NCBI GenBank assembly: GCA_951406725.2
Contig: OX597825.1
Location: forward strand, 40,486,001-40,550,000
Length of the DNA stretch: 64,000 bases
Direction: 5' to 3'
Source: Octopus vulgaris
Lineage: Eukaryota
How positions within the stretch are numbered: position 1 is the stretch's first letter; every line of letters begins with the position of its first letter. Under the pieces are notes generated by a model. It made no database searches and was not told the origin of the DNA. It saw only the letters and a list, made by a program, of their open reading frames with translations. The position numbers were made by a program, and so were the translations under genes. Of the stretch, positions 1 to 14,604 are shown in pieces.

Positions 1-1151
1 CCGGAATTTTATGGCATGAACATTTATAATCAGTGAAGTTTCTAGGTGAATTACGACTGTGAGGAAAATACTGCAGTGGTGAAATCTGTGCCCGAATATT
101 CCAACACTCCATAAGAAAATTTCTTCATTATTTGAAATATAAAACTATTCCACTCTATATATGTGAATCGCTAATGCGTGTTTACAGGCATGAATAACGA
201 TCTGCGTAAATAAAAAAAAAAACGTACGGTAAATTCAGTAAATCGGAGTAAATTTAATCTGTCTCAGTTATATTTTTATTCCATGTGGACTTTATATTTC
301 AATTCATTGCAAAGCTACTCTAAATATACATATTTTGGGGATAGACACGCACACACACATACACACATTTGTGTACATGTACTTATATGCGTATGTATGT
401 ACTAAATTCTCACATACATGCATACATTTATTCATATAGATACATAATAGTGTGTGTATGTGTGTGTGTAATTTAATATATGTTATTGTGATCACGTAAA
501 CACTTGGCTGTTTCATATCAGCATATGTTATATTGGTAAAGATTTGAACATGATGTCGGTTTATATGTAGTGGCCAGGTCACTACATAGTTCCTGGTAAG
601 TTGTAAGTAGTTATTATGGTAAATTTTAAATCACAAAACACCGTGTTTGTAAAGTAGTTACAGCTTGTAAAATTCCGACATGTATTATTATCTACATCTC
701 TTCATGAATGTTCTACTAATTCAGCATCAGATGACCCATAAAAAGACTAGGGATAATAATAGGATCAATAATGTAAGAAGGGGCTTACATATCTAGGTCA
801 GCATTGTTTACTATATAACGTGTTGTACAAATTGCTTAACGGATATGTTGATAATTAATTAAAATGTATTTACCAGTGACAGACAACTGCTGAAAGTAAG
901 AAGCTTGGCTTGGAAATATTACCAATATAGTTGTATGTACTTCGGCATCTCCAATCCAAGCAGGCGTAGTGGGGGGGGGGCATCATAGCTATGTTTTGAC
1001 AGGAAATCTTTGGGTTTTGAATTATTAACACTGGAGATGTTACCGTTTCATTTATCACCCTTAAACGATTCTTTTGAGCGGGAGGGGCTACTTAACCTGA
1101 AAATATTCCTAACTAGCCTCACCTGCACGGTTAGGTGCATTTACTTGATAT

Positions 1152-1204
1152 AAAGAAGAAGAAGAAGAAGAAGAAGAAGAAGAAGAAGAAGAAGAAGAAG
1201 AAGA
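1152..1204. repeat. (AAG)n microsatellite
   Basis: Pure aagaagaag run; source of the poly-K ORF. Confidence 0.97.
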
Positions 1205-1440
1205 ATCAGTATCATGGCAGAGACCTAAGAATAACAATTATTCTTGTGCTAACGGATGCACTTGTAATAACAGTCAAAATGTTATTTAAGGCATTGAAAT
1301 ATATTGGAACTGAGATCCACATTGCTGGCCTTTAGAAAGTAAATTTAAGTATTCTACAACGTTCTTGAGACATGTGGAAACTTTTTATACCAAGTTCAAG
1401 ATAATATTCTTGCTAGTTATATTCATATGTATTAACTTGC
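1205..1440 (+). mobile_element. Highly decayed 3' end of an RLE non-LTR retrotransposon
   Basis: Translates to ITIILVLTDALVITVKMLFKALKYIGTEIHIAGL*KV, resembling the RLE C-terminus (IPIIVGALG...LQK) of the younger copies; followed directly by (TAA)n. Confidence 0.45.
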
Positions 1441-1724
<284 letters not shown>

Positions 1725-1727
<3 letters not shown>

Positions 1728-1990
1728 GTAGCGGCGAAAGAATTTAACAAGATTAGTAAATATAAAGACTTGCTAATAGAAATTGAAAAAAATGTGGCTT
1801 CTCAAGGCGACTACAGTACCAGTGATTGTAGGATCTCTAGGAATGATAAAAAAAAAAGTACTGAAACCTATTTGAAAATGATACAGGCTTACCATCCCTA
1901 CAGGAAGTGCAAAAGATCGTGTTAACTGGAACGGCTCAAGTACTGATAAGAGCATTATCGCTGTGAAAACAACATCCATTCATGAATTTA
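1725..1990 (+). mobile_element. RLE (R4/Dong-like) retrotransposon 3' fragment
   Basis: AAKEFNKISKYKDLLIEIEK, then after a frameshift MWLLKATTVPVIVGSLGMIKK; matches KLSKYKDLEIEVTR.WNLKTETIPIIVGALGMIK of the 19.4-20.5 kb copy. Confidence 0.85.
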
Positions 1991-2132
1991 TTTAATCATT
2001 AATTTTTTAAATGCATATTTTACCTGTGAATTTGCGTGTGTAATCTGCGAATGCATACAATGAGCTTCTCTGCCCGAGGTGTACGGAAAACACTCGGCGA
2101 GAAACGGAAGAAAATTTGAAGAACGAAGGAAA

Positions 2133-2235
<103 letters not shown>

Positions 2236-2830
2236 GTAATACATTGTTCAATATTTCCCAGATCTTGCCTTGCCCGCATTTTGTCTCTTTCAGTGCGTCC
2301 TTTCAACCATCGGTCTTTTGCTCAACCATTTTTTGTTCTCTTAAGATGTAATTTCTCCTCAAAAAATAGCTCGAAGAAGATTCTTTGTTTGTGTTATGTC
2401 CTCCGTCTGGATGTTTGGTATAACTATTTATCTTTTGTGTTACTTTATTTATCATAATCCTATCTAATCTTCTCTATTCATGGAGTTTTTTTCCTCTGAA
2501 TCATTCGTCAAGTCGGTGAGTCGTCTTTGAATTTCAAGCAATCCATTATCTAGTTAGTTCATTTCCCCCGCGTATCCACTCACCACAGTATCAGGGTTCA
2601 CTGTATAACGTTCCTGTTCATCCCAATCAACATTTCTCGGTTCCTCCCGTCTACTTTTCTCTCTGCTTTCAACTCCTATCACTCTATTTTCAACTCTGAC
2701 CATACCTTGTAGCCCATCCGTAGGGTCTCTCAGAATCTCACTAATCCAGGATATGTCTACTCCAGTTAAGTAACCCTTCCTCCTGATCACTCACACTTTC
2801 AATATGTGTATCTTACTCTTCTTTCGTCCA
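2236..2830 (-). mobile_element. RLE retrotransposon N-terminal ORF remnant
   Basis: Minus-strand VIRRKGYLTGVDI and, across a frameshift, W.KGRTERDKMRARQDLGNI resemble the N-terminal region of R4/Dong ORFs; abuts (TAA)n. Confidence 0.55.
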
Positions 2831-3619
2831 CCGATATCTATTTCAGCGCATACCGTTTATGTGATATATCTTGAAAAAGCAACGGTCCCAGGCCAGATTA
2901 CTGCTCCTGATGCGGACGGTTTCGGACTTGTCAGGAGGGAATGCCTTCATCATGATCGGTTATCGCTCCATTCTTGAGGTTGATTCTTTCATTGTTGTAT
3001 TGCATCATGATTTCATAAGTCATTCGTGGGGTTCATACGAGAGTTGTTATTGAAATCCCGTCTCTCTCTTCCATCTTTATTTGTATATACACGCGCACAT
3101 GTGTGTACATACACATATATAGAAAGAACGTGGTTGCATTGATTCGCCTCACTGTGATAATCATTCTCAACATCGTTCTATCTATAGCATTTAAAAATAT
3201 CAGTAATAATAACATCGAACACGGTGTATTGCAGCACATTCGTCACTATTTCTCAAATGCTCGGCAAGCGTTCTCCTTTTACTCCTTATACAATGGTCTA
3301 TACCAATTAGTCCTCTGCCATCATTCTTTCTTTTCATATACAGTATGTCTGCGTTCGCAGTTAACACTTAATACTATCTGTAGCGATCCCAGCATAAATG
3401 GTAATCCAGGCATCATTCTCAACTAATTTTTCGTTCCTTTACTAATTTTTAGTGCAAGTGCACCACATTCATTGGTTTTGTAACCGTCTTGAGATGCTAT
3501 CTTTGCTCCAACTACTGTTGTCATCTGTCCACCGTTCTCTTTTAGTTTGCTTTTCCGCTTGAGCAGTAACATTAGTAGAGGGGCCTTCCTGTCCAAATGT
3601 AACTTTTCCGCCGATCACC

Positions 3620-4275
3620 GTCACTTGCTGTATGCTATTTTTGTTTTCGTATCAACGTTTAAGAGGAAACTGGAAAAATGGGAAAAAGACCAACCGCGAA
3701 AAACAGAAGGAAAATATAAAATACGGAAGAACTGGTTTGATGCGGCAATAGGGCAGTTAAAACAGAGTTCATGGCAAAAAAACCGGAAGATCAGAAAGTT
3801 TGTGAACAGAAATAAATAGTTCAAGGATTCTTCAAAACTAACCCGAAGCAATTTTTCATAACGTTAGAATGAGACAATGGGGAAGATGTTGCTCCTAATA
3901 CAAATCAAGACAAGGAGTCCTGGAACGGATTATGGGGAAACAATGTGGTACATAAAAGGGATGCAATGTGGATAGGAACTATCAAGCCAGAATTACAAGG
4001 AGGAAAGAAATGATGGACAAGGAAGAGTTTAATCAAAGAGCTGAGGAGGAGAGAAAAGAAGACATTCTTGAAATGAGAATGCATGGACAGAACGTTTCGG
4101 ATAATACATGGAGATGGCTTGAGCGACGTGATTTGAAGTATACAACCGAAATCCTGATCATTACTGCACAAAACTATACTCTCACTACCATGTCAGTGAA
4201 GTATAATATCTATAAAACTTCTAACACTCAGAAATGCAGATTCTGTGGAAAGAGTGTGGAAAATGTGACCCAATT
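3620..4275 (+). mobile_element. RLE retrotransposon remnant, internally deleted, with CCHC zinc knuckle
   Basis: MHGQ...TWRWLERRDLKYTTEILIITAQNYTLTT...KCRFCGKSVENVTQL is homologous to LHGKY...QWLRSSGLKAETEGFLIAAQDQSLPT...CRICGDGQETINH; ends at (TAG)n. Confidence 0.85.
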
Positions 4276-4276
4276 G

Positions 4277-4345
<69 letters not shown>
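4277..4345. repeat. (TAG)n microsatellite
   Basis: Directly visible. Confidence 0.97.
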
Positions 4346-4347
<2 letters not shown>

Positions 4348-4349
4348 TG

Positions 4350-5470
4350 TAGTAATTACGAGCTCTCAGAGAGCGCAAACACCAACAAAATGAGAATATC
4401 TGAAATAAACTCGACTGCTCTCACAAAGAATACTGAAAATGAACTCGACTGCTCTAAAAAATTAAGTAAAAAACGGGGAAATAATGCAGAATGTTTGTCC
4501 TGTATCGGTCCTATGTCAAAATCTAACCAGTTTGTGCCAATCTAACCAGTCACAAGGCCAAACATCCCTGAGAGATTCATCCGAATCCATCCAAACAAAC
4601 AAAGCAAACACGATATAGATACTGAATTTAAAACATCATTGAACACTTGTGCCTGGAAATGGGTATGCCAAATGGAAATAGAGCCGAGTTTCGATCTATA
4701 AGCCTCATGTGATTATGGCATATGAAACGCATCTATTCAAAAATCTCACATACAGTGTTGTGTCATAAAACTAACCCTAAACAAATAGACCCATCTCTTA
4801 AAGTCAACGTCAATATTTTAATGACAAGGTAAACCTTATGCCGGAGTTGTCATCACCCGAGACATCAAAGGCCGTGTTACCCAGTGGGTAACGAGAATGG
4901 TGTCGAAACGTTTGCTGCTGGAATAAGCTCTCATAAAGACGATCTACTAGATAACCAGATAACCAGGATAATCATAACTGTAGCCTTGTAGGGACAACAG
5001 CAAAATCACCACCTTAACTCAAAACGTTTAAAATAGATGAACTAAAAAATAGATGAACTATAGAGGACCATATAGATGTCTTGAAAGCTTTTTACACAGC
5101 CCAAACAAACACCCAAAATATCCACATTGTACAAAGATACAATTCATGGAAATGACGTACGAAGCTGTATAGACAAAAATGTATTAAGTAAACTATGTAG
5201 AGACATTAAAATCAAAAGATCTGCTGACCAAATGAAAACAGCAACGATGTAGATGAAATTGGTAACAGAGATACAGACCCCAGTGAAAGAGTAGTAAATT
5301 TGAACTGCAAAGAAGCTGAGCAAAATATAACGAAGGACGGAGATGTGGAAAAAGAACAAAACATAAACCCACCTCAAGAATACCAAGATAAATGACACAG
5401 AACTTGAAATGAATAATAGAGAAAACATTACAGAAACAAAAAGAAGAGATTATGGGAGAAATGAGCGACA
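4350..5470 (+). mobile_element. Decayed 5' part of an RLE retrotransposon
   Basis: Collinear nucleotide similarity to 12950-13530 (ctctcataaagacgatctact vs ctctcaaaaagacgttctacct; aaagctttttacacagccca; tcaagaatacca). Confidence 0.7.
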
Positions 5471-5479
5471 GTGGTAGAT

Positions 5480-6230
5480 ATATAAGTGCTTTGTACATTG
5501 TTGTTATGTATGTTGAGGATATGTTGTTCTTCGTGTTTTTGTCTCATCATTTCTGGGGACTAAAAATCATCTGCAGCTCGTTCATAATTTCCTTGTAACA
5601 AGTGAGTTTGTAAGAACATTGGAAGCTCCTCCATACCAGAAAACTTCCATTTACTGCACTTTTCTATGTTAACCTGACATTTTCTTCACTTACCTGTTCC
5701 CATATTTGCTCTTCTATAAACCGATGTCTTCCTTTTATCTATTAATCCATAGGGCATCACAGTTGTGTCCCTTTAAATCTGCCCAAAGTTTCTTCAAGTC
5801 TCCAGTATATCGTATTCTTAGTGGGGGCTCTCCTATTTTGGTGATGTTCTTTCGCTTATATAACATCACTCTACTATTAAGATGCTGGTGTCTTTGATGG
5901 ACCTGGAACGATTTTGGAAGCAGCATATACGTTCAGCTTTTGCCTGCACCTTTCACTTTAACTTCATCACCATTTCAGCAAACTGCTCTTCTAACTTCAA
6001 TTCATACTATCGCAATAACTTTCTCCTCTTAGATAGTTTTATAATTTGGCAGTTGCCCAAGTTTTTCGATGTTTCTATATTAGACCGAATGGCATTCATT
6101 TTGTCCTTGATTATTTTTTGCCTCATTAGTCCTTTATGTGGATTTACCACGATTTCTTTTCAGTTGTACCGACACATTCTGGTACGACAGCATAAAGTGC
6201 CTCATTTAAGGACGTGATGTTTAGTTTGTT
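5480..6230 (-). mobile_element. Decayed RLE retrotransposon fragment upstream of RT
   Basis: Minus-strand LKKLWADLKGHNCDALWI and KCSKWKFSGMEELPMF resemble the FW..IW / NWK.PG.D motifs that precede RT; many stops. Confidence 0.5.
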
Positions 6231-7698
6231 TTCCTTTAGAAAGGATTTAAGGACCGCGTTTACCTAGCAGATTATTTTGTCATTTTAAGGGAATGATCTT
6301 TAGAAATGAAAGAAAAATGATTCCATGTATATGTGCTACACATATATAAAGGTGAATAATACGAGATGGATACTGCTGTATGCCACAGCGAGCAAGAACT
6401 CAGAAGAATGGCAGCTGTTGCTTGCACATTCCAGACCATTTTTATGACTCACTATTATATGGGTAAAAGGTTAAATGGAATTCGAGTCAAGAACGTACTA
6501 ATTCAGCGTGATTCAGTAACAGATCTAGCCATTCTGGAGAATATATAGGTGAGGTCCACCCCACAAGTCAACGGGACTGGAATCGTTTTGGAATTGCAGA
6601 TACTAGTTTCTGCAGAAGATATAAATCGCATTCCCGATTTTTTCCTGTTTCTTTGTATGTCTAATATTAAGAAAAATATACTTCTTTAACGAAGCTTCTA
6701 TTTTGTAAACTGACTCGAACTATTTTCGAAACACAAATTTCTGTCTTCAACATCAAATTAGGAAAACATTAATATACAGGACATATTGCATCAAAATAAA
6801 TAAGAATGGGTTTCATAAGTATGATGTTTGGAAAGACCACATAAATATACCCTCGCTGTTATACATGTGATAAATCAGGTCTGTCGGTGTTAAGCCGTAA
6901 TCACACAATTGTTGAATTGAGAATTGTGGAATAGAGAATAAATGACTTTATACACCACCTTTTCCTTTAAACACTTTAAAAGCTTTACAAATTTTAACAA
7001 GTTCATTTATCACCGGTACAATAACTACATTAAAATATCTAATTAGATACAATGTAAGCAATTAAATTAATATAGAATATTGATTAAAATTTCAAAAGCA
7101 GTTTTAAAACAAGTATGATATTAATGTGAACAGAATATTAAGGAAGTTTAATGAACATTCAACACTGATGTTGTATAAATACGTGTTAGAATGTTTCCAT
7201 GCCCACATATTGAGAAATCAGTAGATAATTATTGAATCACAGGTTTTCGAATTCATAGAACATTAATCTGTACGTGCTTTTTTTAATACTTCAGCTAAAT
7301 ATTACGTGTATAATATTACACTCAAAATTTGCACATGCCTTGCACAACCGAAAGGCTTTGTATGTGTACAATATCTGAGGCGTTTATAGCGTATCTTTTT
7401 TCGTTACAATTCTTCGCTTCATATATTTCCCGTTCTTCTCATTTCTCCGTTTTCTTTTTCACCGTTCAGTCTAGAGAACTCATCTTCTATTTGCACTTGC
7501 AGTTCTATTTCTTGTTGCTCGACTTTCATGTTCAATCAATGATATCTTAGTAACTTATGCTCTTGACAGACCAAATTTAACAATGCTATCGAAACGACGT
7601 CAGAATTGTGATAGCTGTTGATCAACAATGATGATCGTTGACATTTTTTATTCTTTCCTTTTTACTTATATTCTCTGTCGTCCTACTGTACAACACTT

Positions 7699-7915
7699 TC
7701 TTCTTCTTCTTCTTCTTCTTCTTCTTCTTCTTCTTCTTCTTCTTCTTCTTCTTCTTCTTCTACTACTACTACTACTACTACTGCTTCTTCTACTTCTTCT
7801 TCTACTTCTGCTTCTCCTCCTACTTCCCTTTTTCTCCTCCCCCTGCTTCCATTCTTTTTCTTTTCTTCTTCTTCTCTTCCTACTTCCCTTCTTTCTTCTG
7901 TTTTCTTTTTTCTCA
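7699..7915. repeat. (CTT)n/(CTA)n microsatellite and pyrimidine tract
   Basis: Directly visible. Confidence 0.95.
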
Positions 7916-9461
7916 CTAAGAGTCAACCTTGATGCAGAGGTAGCCTGTCAAGTGCTAGATGCATAGATCTAAATATGTATTAAATAGTAGAACAAGTAGA
8001 AATATATTTTATTTTTCAGCACGTAAGTACTGAGCAGTATAGATAAAGGATAAAATCCTTTTTAAGAGCAGAAATTTTGCCCGCAAGCAAAAGAATATAT
8101 CTTTCTACTTGTTCTAGAATACATTTCAACGCTTCGAAAACAAACATGTTTGTTTACATATGACGTATTAAATAGTATTTTATTTAACTCTTCGAGAAAT
8201 TTGGAAGAACATCTCTACTTGTATACAAAGGATACTTTCAAAGTACTCTCTGCTTATAATTAATGTCTTTTGCTTCACTTGCTCTTTTCGTGACGCGCAG
8301 TGTTATTAAGACACAGAGAATTTTTAAATACGTCTCACCGTGTCGACATACTTCTTTCAGTACTTTCTTTGACTCTTGTAGAAAGGAGAATCCGTGAATT
8401 TGCTTTTGCCCGCAAATATCAAAGCATTACCCCCTGTTTACTGTTGTTCTTTGTGCCACTTATTTGTGTATTGTCAATCATTTACTCTAGCACTCAAGAG
8501 ACTTGTTGATGAAACTCTTCTTACAATTGTGCAAAATAGACTTCCAAGATATCTCGGAATCTTCTGTAAAAAAATTATTGGGAGACAAGTTATGGAATAT
8601 TCATTGGAGACAGATGGAAACTGCACGGGTTGAAATATAAAAACAGATGTGCTCTCACGATAAAGGTGTACAAAAACAATAAATTTCTTCACATTGCATT
8701 TCCTGCATCAATGTGAGAGAAATTACATCAGCCAAAACTGAAACACATTCTAAACAATCGAAAATTACCAAACAACAAATAATTTGTCTAGAATGATGAA
8801 AATCTCTCGAAGCGAACATCTAAGAATGTACGAGAACAGCAAATTAAATATTTTGCCTTTCTACAAGTTTCTAAAATATGATACATTATATTGTATAGAA
8901 GGTCAGCTGTAAGCAATAAAGAAATTTCTGGGAGAGGTGGGGAGAAGTGATGTTTGATGGATAGCATCTTGAAAAGGAAAGTAAAATACGCAACAAGAAG
9001 ACAGCTCATGTTAGATAGGGCTGGAGAAGGTACACATGCACAGGACCTGCCCCAAAATAAGCCAGATCAAACAAAACAAGATATGATCATTTAGATATGA
9101 GCAGTCTTGTTATTAAAAGAACGGCTATCAAAACTAAATAACTCAGGCTAAAGAAACTCCAGCTATAACATATTCATATAAAAAAGGAAAACATTCTTTG
9201 TTCTGAATAGATTTTATAGGACGAGCTCCTTCCTCTTTTGTCTTTTAAAAAACAATGTCAAGGAAAATTTCTTTACATATTTCCTAAGCAATCTCCTTTT
9301 GCACATTATTAATTTGGGATATTACCAAGAACTATTTTCTGCTATGTTTGTATATTTTATTTTCGCAGGTATTTATAAACGTATAAATGAGTGTTTTGGG
9401 ATTTATCGAGCAGTCACTATGTAATACTTATGTACACATTCCTCCCTCTTTTTCTTTCCTT

Positions 9462-9475
9462 TCTCTCTCTGTCTG

Positions 9476-9531
<56 letters not shown>
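9462..9531. repeat. (CT)n microsatellite
   Basis: Directly visible. Confidence 0.95.
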
Positions 9532-9533
<2 letters not shown>

Positions 9534-12529
9534 ACACATACACAAACACACTCAAGAAATCACAACCATATATGAAGATATTCAACTAAAACGCATTGTC
9601 TGTCGTCTGCAACATATATGTAATATTGCTATAAAGCGAAAAGTGTTTACTCACTTTAGCAAACACACAGGTTGCGTCTCAAGCCCCAGATATATAGATA
9701 TTGATGCAAATTTTTAAACTGGTTGTCACCTCATCAAACGTTACTTTCATTAACTCTAACTTTTCTTTATTATATACGAGTGTATGCGTTCGTGTGTGCC
9801 TCTGTGTGTGAGAGGGAGAGGAAGGAAGTGAGACAGATATCACTATTTTCTGAAAGGTTCCAATAAACGTGGAGTTGTTGCAGTCTCTAGCGTAACGGAT
9901 TTCCTCTGTATTTTCTTTGTATACCATACAATGGAACCAGTCGCGTTACTCGAATGCTAGAGAAAATCTCCGACTGACATTTAACAACACCTGGTAGAAA
10001 ATCCTTTAGTCTGAATATATTTGTTTAAAACATACTATAGATATTTGTATCACGCATTATATAGAAATAGAAAGAAAAGGCATAGAGGTCATTGATGTTG
10101 TTTATTCCGTTTCGAAAGTAACTTTTCAACGACGAAATATCATGTAAATTAACTACCATTCTATTTAACTAAATCTCAGATGTAATGTAATTCTGTCTTT
10201 TGTTATATTGTAAAAAAAAAAATCAATTATAATTATTTTTTACTTTTAAAGACATTAGAGGGTATATACGTAAAACATTAAGTTGTAAAATTCTGTTGAA
10301 ATAGTTTTGCATTTGGGGCCAAAATAAAAAGGAGTAAGAGAACAACTTCCAAGGAATATAACGATATAATTTTGTTAAGTTTTCTTTTACACGAAAAACC
10401 CAAATAACATATACTTTAGACCTATTCAATTCAAGCTATCAAAACTGTCAGGCTTTTAAATAAATATCTCAAACTCAGCAATATTTGCATTGCATTTTTA
10501 TATTACTTGAGACACCACCTCTTTATTTATCACAAGCTACGCAATATAAACCCAGTCTCTTCCTCTTCACTTATTTTATGTACAACTACGTTACGTATTA
10601 ACAAGGTTTTGAATAAACAATAGGTACCTAATTTCATGATATGAAACTTGACTAATGCTTTTGGTATCTCAGTTTGTTATAACATAGTTATTTTCAACGT
10701 GCGCTTCAACGATACGTCAGTTTCTTGTGCCGGTAGCTAGCAATAGTATTTTCTCCTCATACCATCCAACCGAACAGATTCCTCGAAGCTTCATTAGAAA
10801 TACGGAGTAAGATAATAATGAATGTTGGTGAAAATACGTCACCTTACATTTTTCAGCTATGTGCCATTATGGTTTAAATCATTTGTTTTTTATTGCACAT
10901 GATGTATTAAAATGATTTAAAATATGTTCAAACGGGCTCGTTTTGTAGAAATATCTCACTTCATCGTCCATCATACAACTTGCATGTGCTAAAATGGAAA
11001 CCAACATCAGAAACTCCGAGTAGAAAAAAATTAAATACACACTAAAAGCGTGCATTAATTAATTACGTATACATCGAACTGTTTACATATACATGTACAC
11101 ATGCTAATGCTTATAAACAGCGTGAATAATGTTAACTCGATAAGCACACACATGCGCGCACATGTCGGAAACGAAGCAGAACAACAAAAACAAGACGATT
11201 GTCCACAAACTAAAAGGAGTAAATAATCACTAAGCTTAAAATAAAAATAAACAGTTATGCCTGAAAATGTCTCTACAGAAGGCGAATTTCGTTTTAAAAG
11301 TCTTATGCAATTGCACCGTGAGAATCATGTCCGTCCAAAAATCTCAGAAGCCGTGTTCTATCAAAAACTTAATTTTAAACAGATGGGTCAGATCTTCTTT
11401 AATTTCTTTCTGCTACTTGAAGATACTTCAATTTTCAATAGATTGTTTTCAACATTTCCCCACGGATGTAGTTTTGCAGGCTAATAACGAAAATCGACTT
11501 TGTTTTATTTTTTCCAAAAATTGAATAGTAAAGAAGTTAGACGTAATTAAAGTTATATAATTTTAGCCATTAAAATAAGTTCGCCTTCACAAGCGGAAGA
11601 CGAAACTGTTTGTTGCCAAGACAGCACCAGTGTATCGTTGTTTATCAATGGAACCGTAAATAAGTTTTTGAATATAAAAGTAAAAGTTGAAAGAATAGTG
11701 AATATTTGAAACTGAAAACATTTTGGAATTTTAAGTTTAAACAAATGAGTTAAAACAACAATTCAATTTTTCTTTAAAAACAAAGAATTCAATTTATTTT
11801 TACATGGAATTTAACGAAAGAAAATGTGCATCGTATTCAATATTCTCCAAACACTTGAAGGTTTATATTTATATGTACTTATTGCGATGATTGCAAAACT
11901 TTTTCGATCGCACCAAAAATAGCAACCAAGATGAATATAGCAACAAAAGAAACGAACGACGAAATTTAACATTTTTCTTTGAAGCGATAGTATTTTTCGA
12001 TTGCCGCTTAAATTCGCTGATATGAGTCCGCCGTTGAACTCTGAGTGGCATAGCGCTGTTTATCCCCCTACTTGACAAAGGCGTATGTCCTTATCGTTGT
12101 TGAGCATGGGATTCGACTTGTGAATTTATAGTTTTAACGCCGTGTTTCACTATTCTATAACGAAATTAGTATCCTTGTATCTCGAGAATATGTGATTTTG
12201 TGCGCGACAGGTCCCAGTAAATATCAGTTTTTAGGATAATTGATTGTTGAATGCAATTTACGAGTGTATGACGACTTAGAGAAGGTACAGCGAAAAGAAA
12301 ACATCTCGTGTTTCGCGACACACACTGCAGAAAACCTATTGTTCGGGTAGCATTCGAACTCTGGTTGTTTTTCTCCTCGAAATTATAGCTTCATCTATTT
12401 CAGCAATTCTGTCGGGACCATAGTCAATCTTCATTGGCTTGAGGAGCCAATCGCATGTAAATAAATATTATAGCCTACAAAGTTAGTGATACCAATCTCT
12501 AATTCATCCTTACAAAGCCAAGTAGATGA

Positions 12530-12665
12530 CAAAAAACGTCAGATTTTCCAGTGATATCATCAAACTGGTGCGCTTTTGATCAGGTGTCAGACAACGTGAC
12601 ACCCACTGAGCAGAAACTTTTGCCCTGTCGGGTTCATTCGGCAGATTTTCTGAACTCATTCACAT
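12530..12665 (-). mobile_element. Mariner transposase fragment
   Basis: Diverged reverse complement of 14675-14810; encodes KVSAQWVSRCLTPDQKRTSL, the WVPxxL motif region. Confidence 0.75.
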
Positions 12666-12699
12666 TATACTTAAACAACTAGAGTTGTCATGACAAGAA

Positions 12700-14600
12700 A
12701 CAGTGTCTAAATCCACTATGAGAACACTGCCTTGAAATTTATTGGCTAAAAATAAATTTCTCAACAAATGTAGCTGCGATATTCGTCACCAGTATGCAAA
12801 ACTATATAAAATTTATATTTTTTTTAATTTTCTATTTAAGATTTCTGGTTAGAAGAAAACAAAAAACATCCGACAGGCCAGTCTCCTAATGAGCGGCGCC
12901 AATGTTTTATAGAAAACAATTCAAAATTCATGCCAGATTGGTCATCGACCACACGAGGATCCAAAAGTCTGCTGATCACTAACTCTCAAAAAGACGTTCT
13001 ACCTGGTAACAAGAATTAAAATAATCCTAACTGTAGAGATGAAGTGAGGCTACCAAAAACACCACCATAAGCACAACGCATAACATGAACGAGAGAGGGT
13101 TACACATATGTTTTAAAAGCTTTTTATACAGCCCAATCAAATTTAGATAGTAACCCCATTGCGAAATTTAGTAAGCAATGAAGTACGAATATATATAGAT
13201 GCAACTAGGGTAAGTACAGTAGATACAGATTACATTAAGAACAAAAGATTACCTGACACTGAAATTTGCCAAATTACAACGCAAATATTTGAAAGTAAGC
13301 CAAATGAAAATAGCAGCCAAGTAACTGAAATAGGTAACAGAAACATATAGCCTAGTTTCAAAACAGTAAATCTTAGTAACGATGAAATTGAACAAAGAAT
13401 GGCGGAGATAGGAAATGTGAAAATAGAGCAAAACGTAGGGCTACTTCAAGAATACCAAAATAGATAATAACAGAAAAAAACATTACAGAAGCAAAAGCAG
13501 GGGTTATGAGAGAGCTTAACACGATTGAGTTCACTGACAAGCTTAATGGGGAACTGTAATTAAGGTTTACAAATGACGCAATGGATAACAACAATATCAT
13601 TGTATATAACGTTGCTCTACGACAGATGTTAAGAGATAAGTGGATTGATGTAGTAATCATAACTAATCTTATCTATCCCACTAGTAAAGTAATAACTACT
13701 TAGCTAGGTATTAAGATTATAAAGAAGAAGACCAAGTCAAGAAACATCCTAAGTGGAAAGTAGAAATACACAGGGATTGAATCTCTGTACGTTGGTGTAT
13801 TAGTTCAAGATAAACTGCTACATGAGTAAACATTAAAATAAGTAAAGTTAGACAAACCAACCAAACACAAATACAAAATCGAAGACTTTATAACCCTCCT
13901 TGCAGCTAAGGAACTATTGAAACAGTGTATATAGTTGAAAGCCCAATAACTTAAGAAGGTATTTTATCGCTAAAAACAATATGTCTAAAACCGATGCAAA
14001 CAACATTTTTAGGGAGATTAGCAAAAGTAAAACAGCGGTAAAGGAACTAGCTAAAATTGATGTGGTGGAAGAGTTCTGGAAAAATATAGAAGCAACGCAA
14101 AAGAGCTTTAATCCTGAGGGTGACTGGATAGAACGTGAACAAGACGGACTAAATCAATTGAAGAATGGGGCCAACAGGAACAAAAGAATTTCAGTGGGCA
14201 CTTTGAAAAGTCTTGCAAATAGAAATCCTCAGGGGTGGAGTACATACTTAACTCCTGACTGAATTGTTCGATAGAAGTACAGAAAAATCTCACTGCATCT
14301 CCCAGATGCTTTATTGACTGAAGAAACTATCAATCTATTACCAAAAACTGATAAACAAAACCCGACGAATTACCAGACAATAGCATGTCTCAATACCTCA
14401 TGTAAGATTCAAAATAAACGAAAGAATATACAATTTCCTTGAGCAGAATGCTATCCTTCCACAAGCTAAAAAGTGTTGTAAATTAAATTCATATGAGTGC
14501 AATGACCAATTTCTCATAAAGGAAATGATTTTGGAAAATTAGCGCGGTAAACAAAAACGCGACTACGGCATGGATAGAGCATAGGAAAGGATTTTAGAAT
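12700..14600 (+). mobile_element. Decayed RLE retrotransposon, 5' part and start of RT
   Basis: VEEFWKNI, NYQTIACLNTSCKI and EQNAILPQAKKCCKLNSYECNDQFLIKEMILEN correspond to the first RT motifs (YRPI.CL / LP.EQKGC...C.DQLLI). Confidence 0.8.
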
Positions 14601-14604
14601 CTCG

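Noticed and set aside
565-589. Short hairpin tatgtagtggcc-a-ggtcactacata
   Set aside because: Real 12-bp arms but isolated, with no context supporting a function.
2905-2960. Hammerhead-like text on the minus strand (AUGAUGA-AGG..UCC-GAAAC-C-GUC)
   Set aside because: C3 is missing, stems I and II pair poorly and there is no PLE context; could be a relic but is not supportable.
10030-12500. MITE-like AT-rich blocks
   Set aside because: I could not define TIRs or TSDs by eye.
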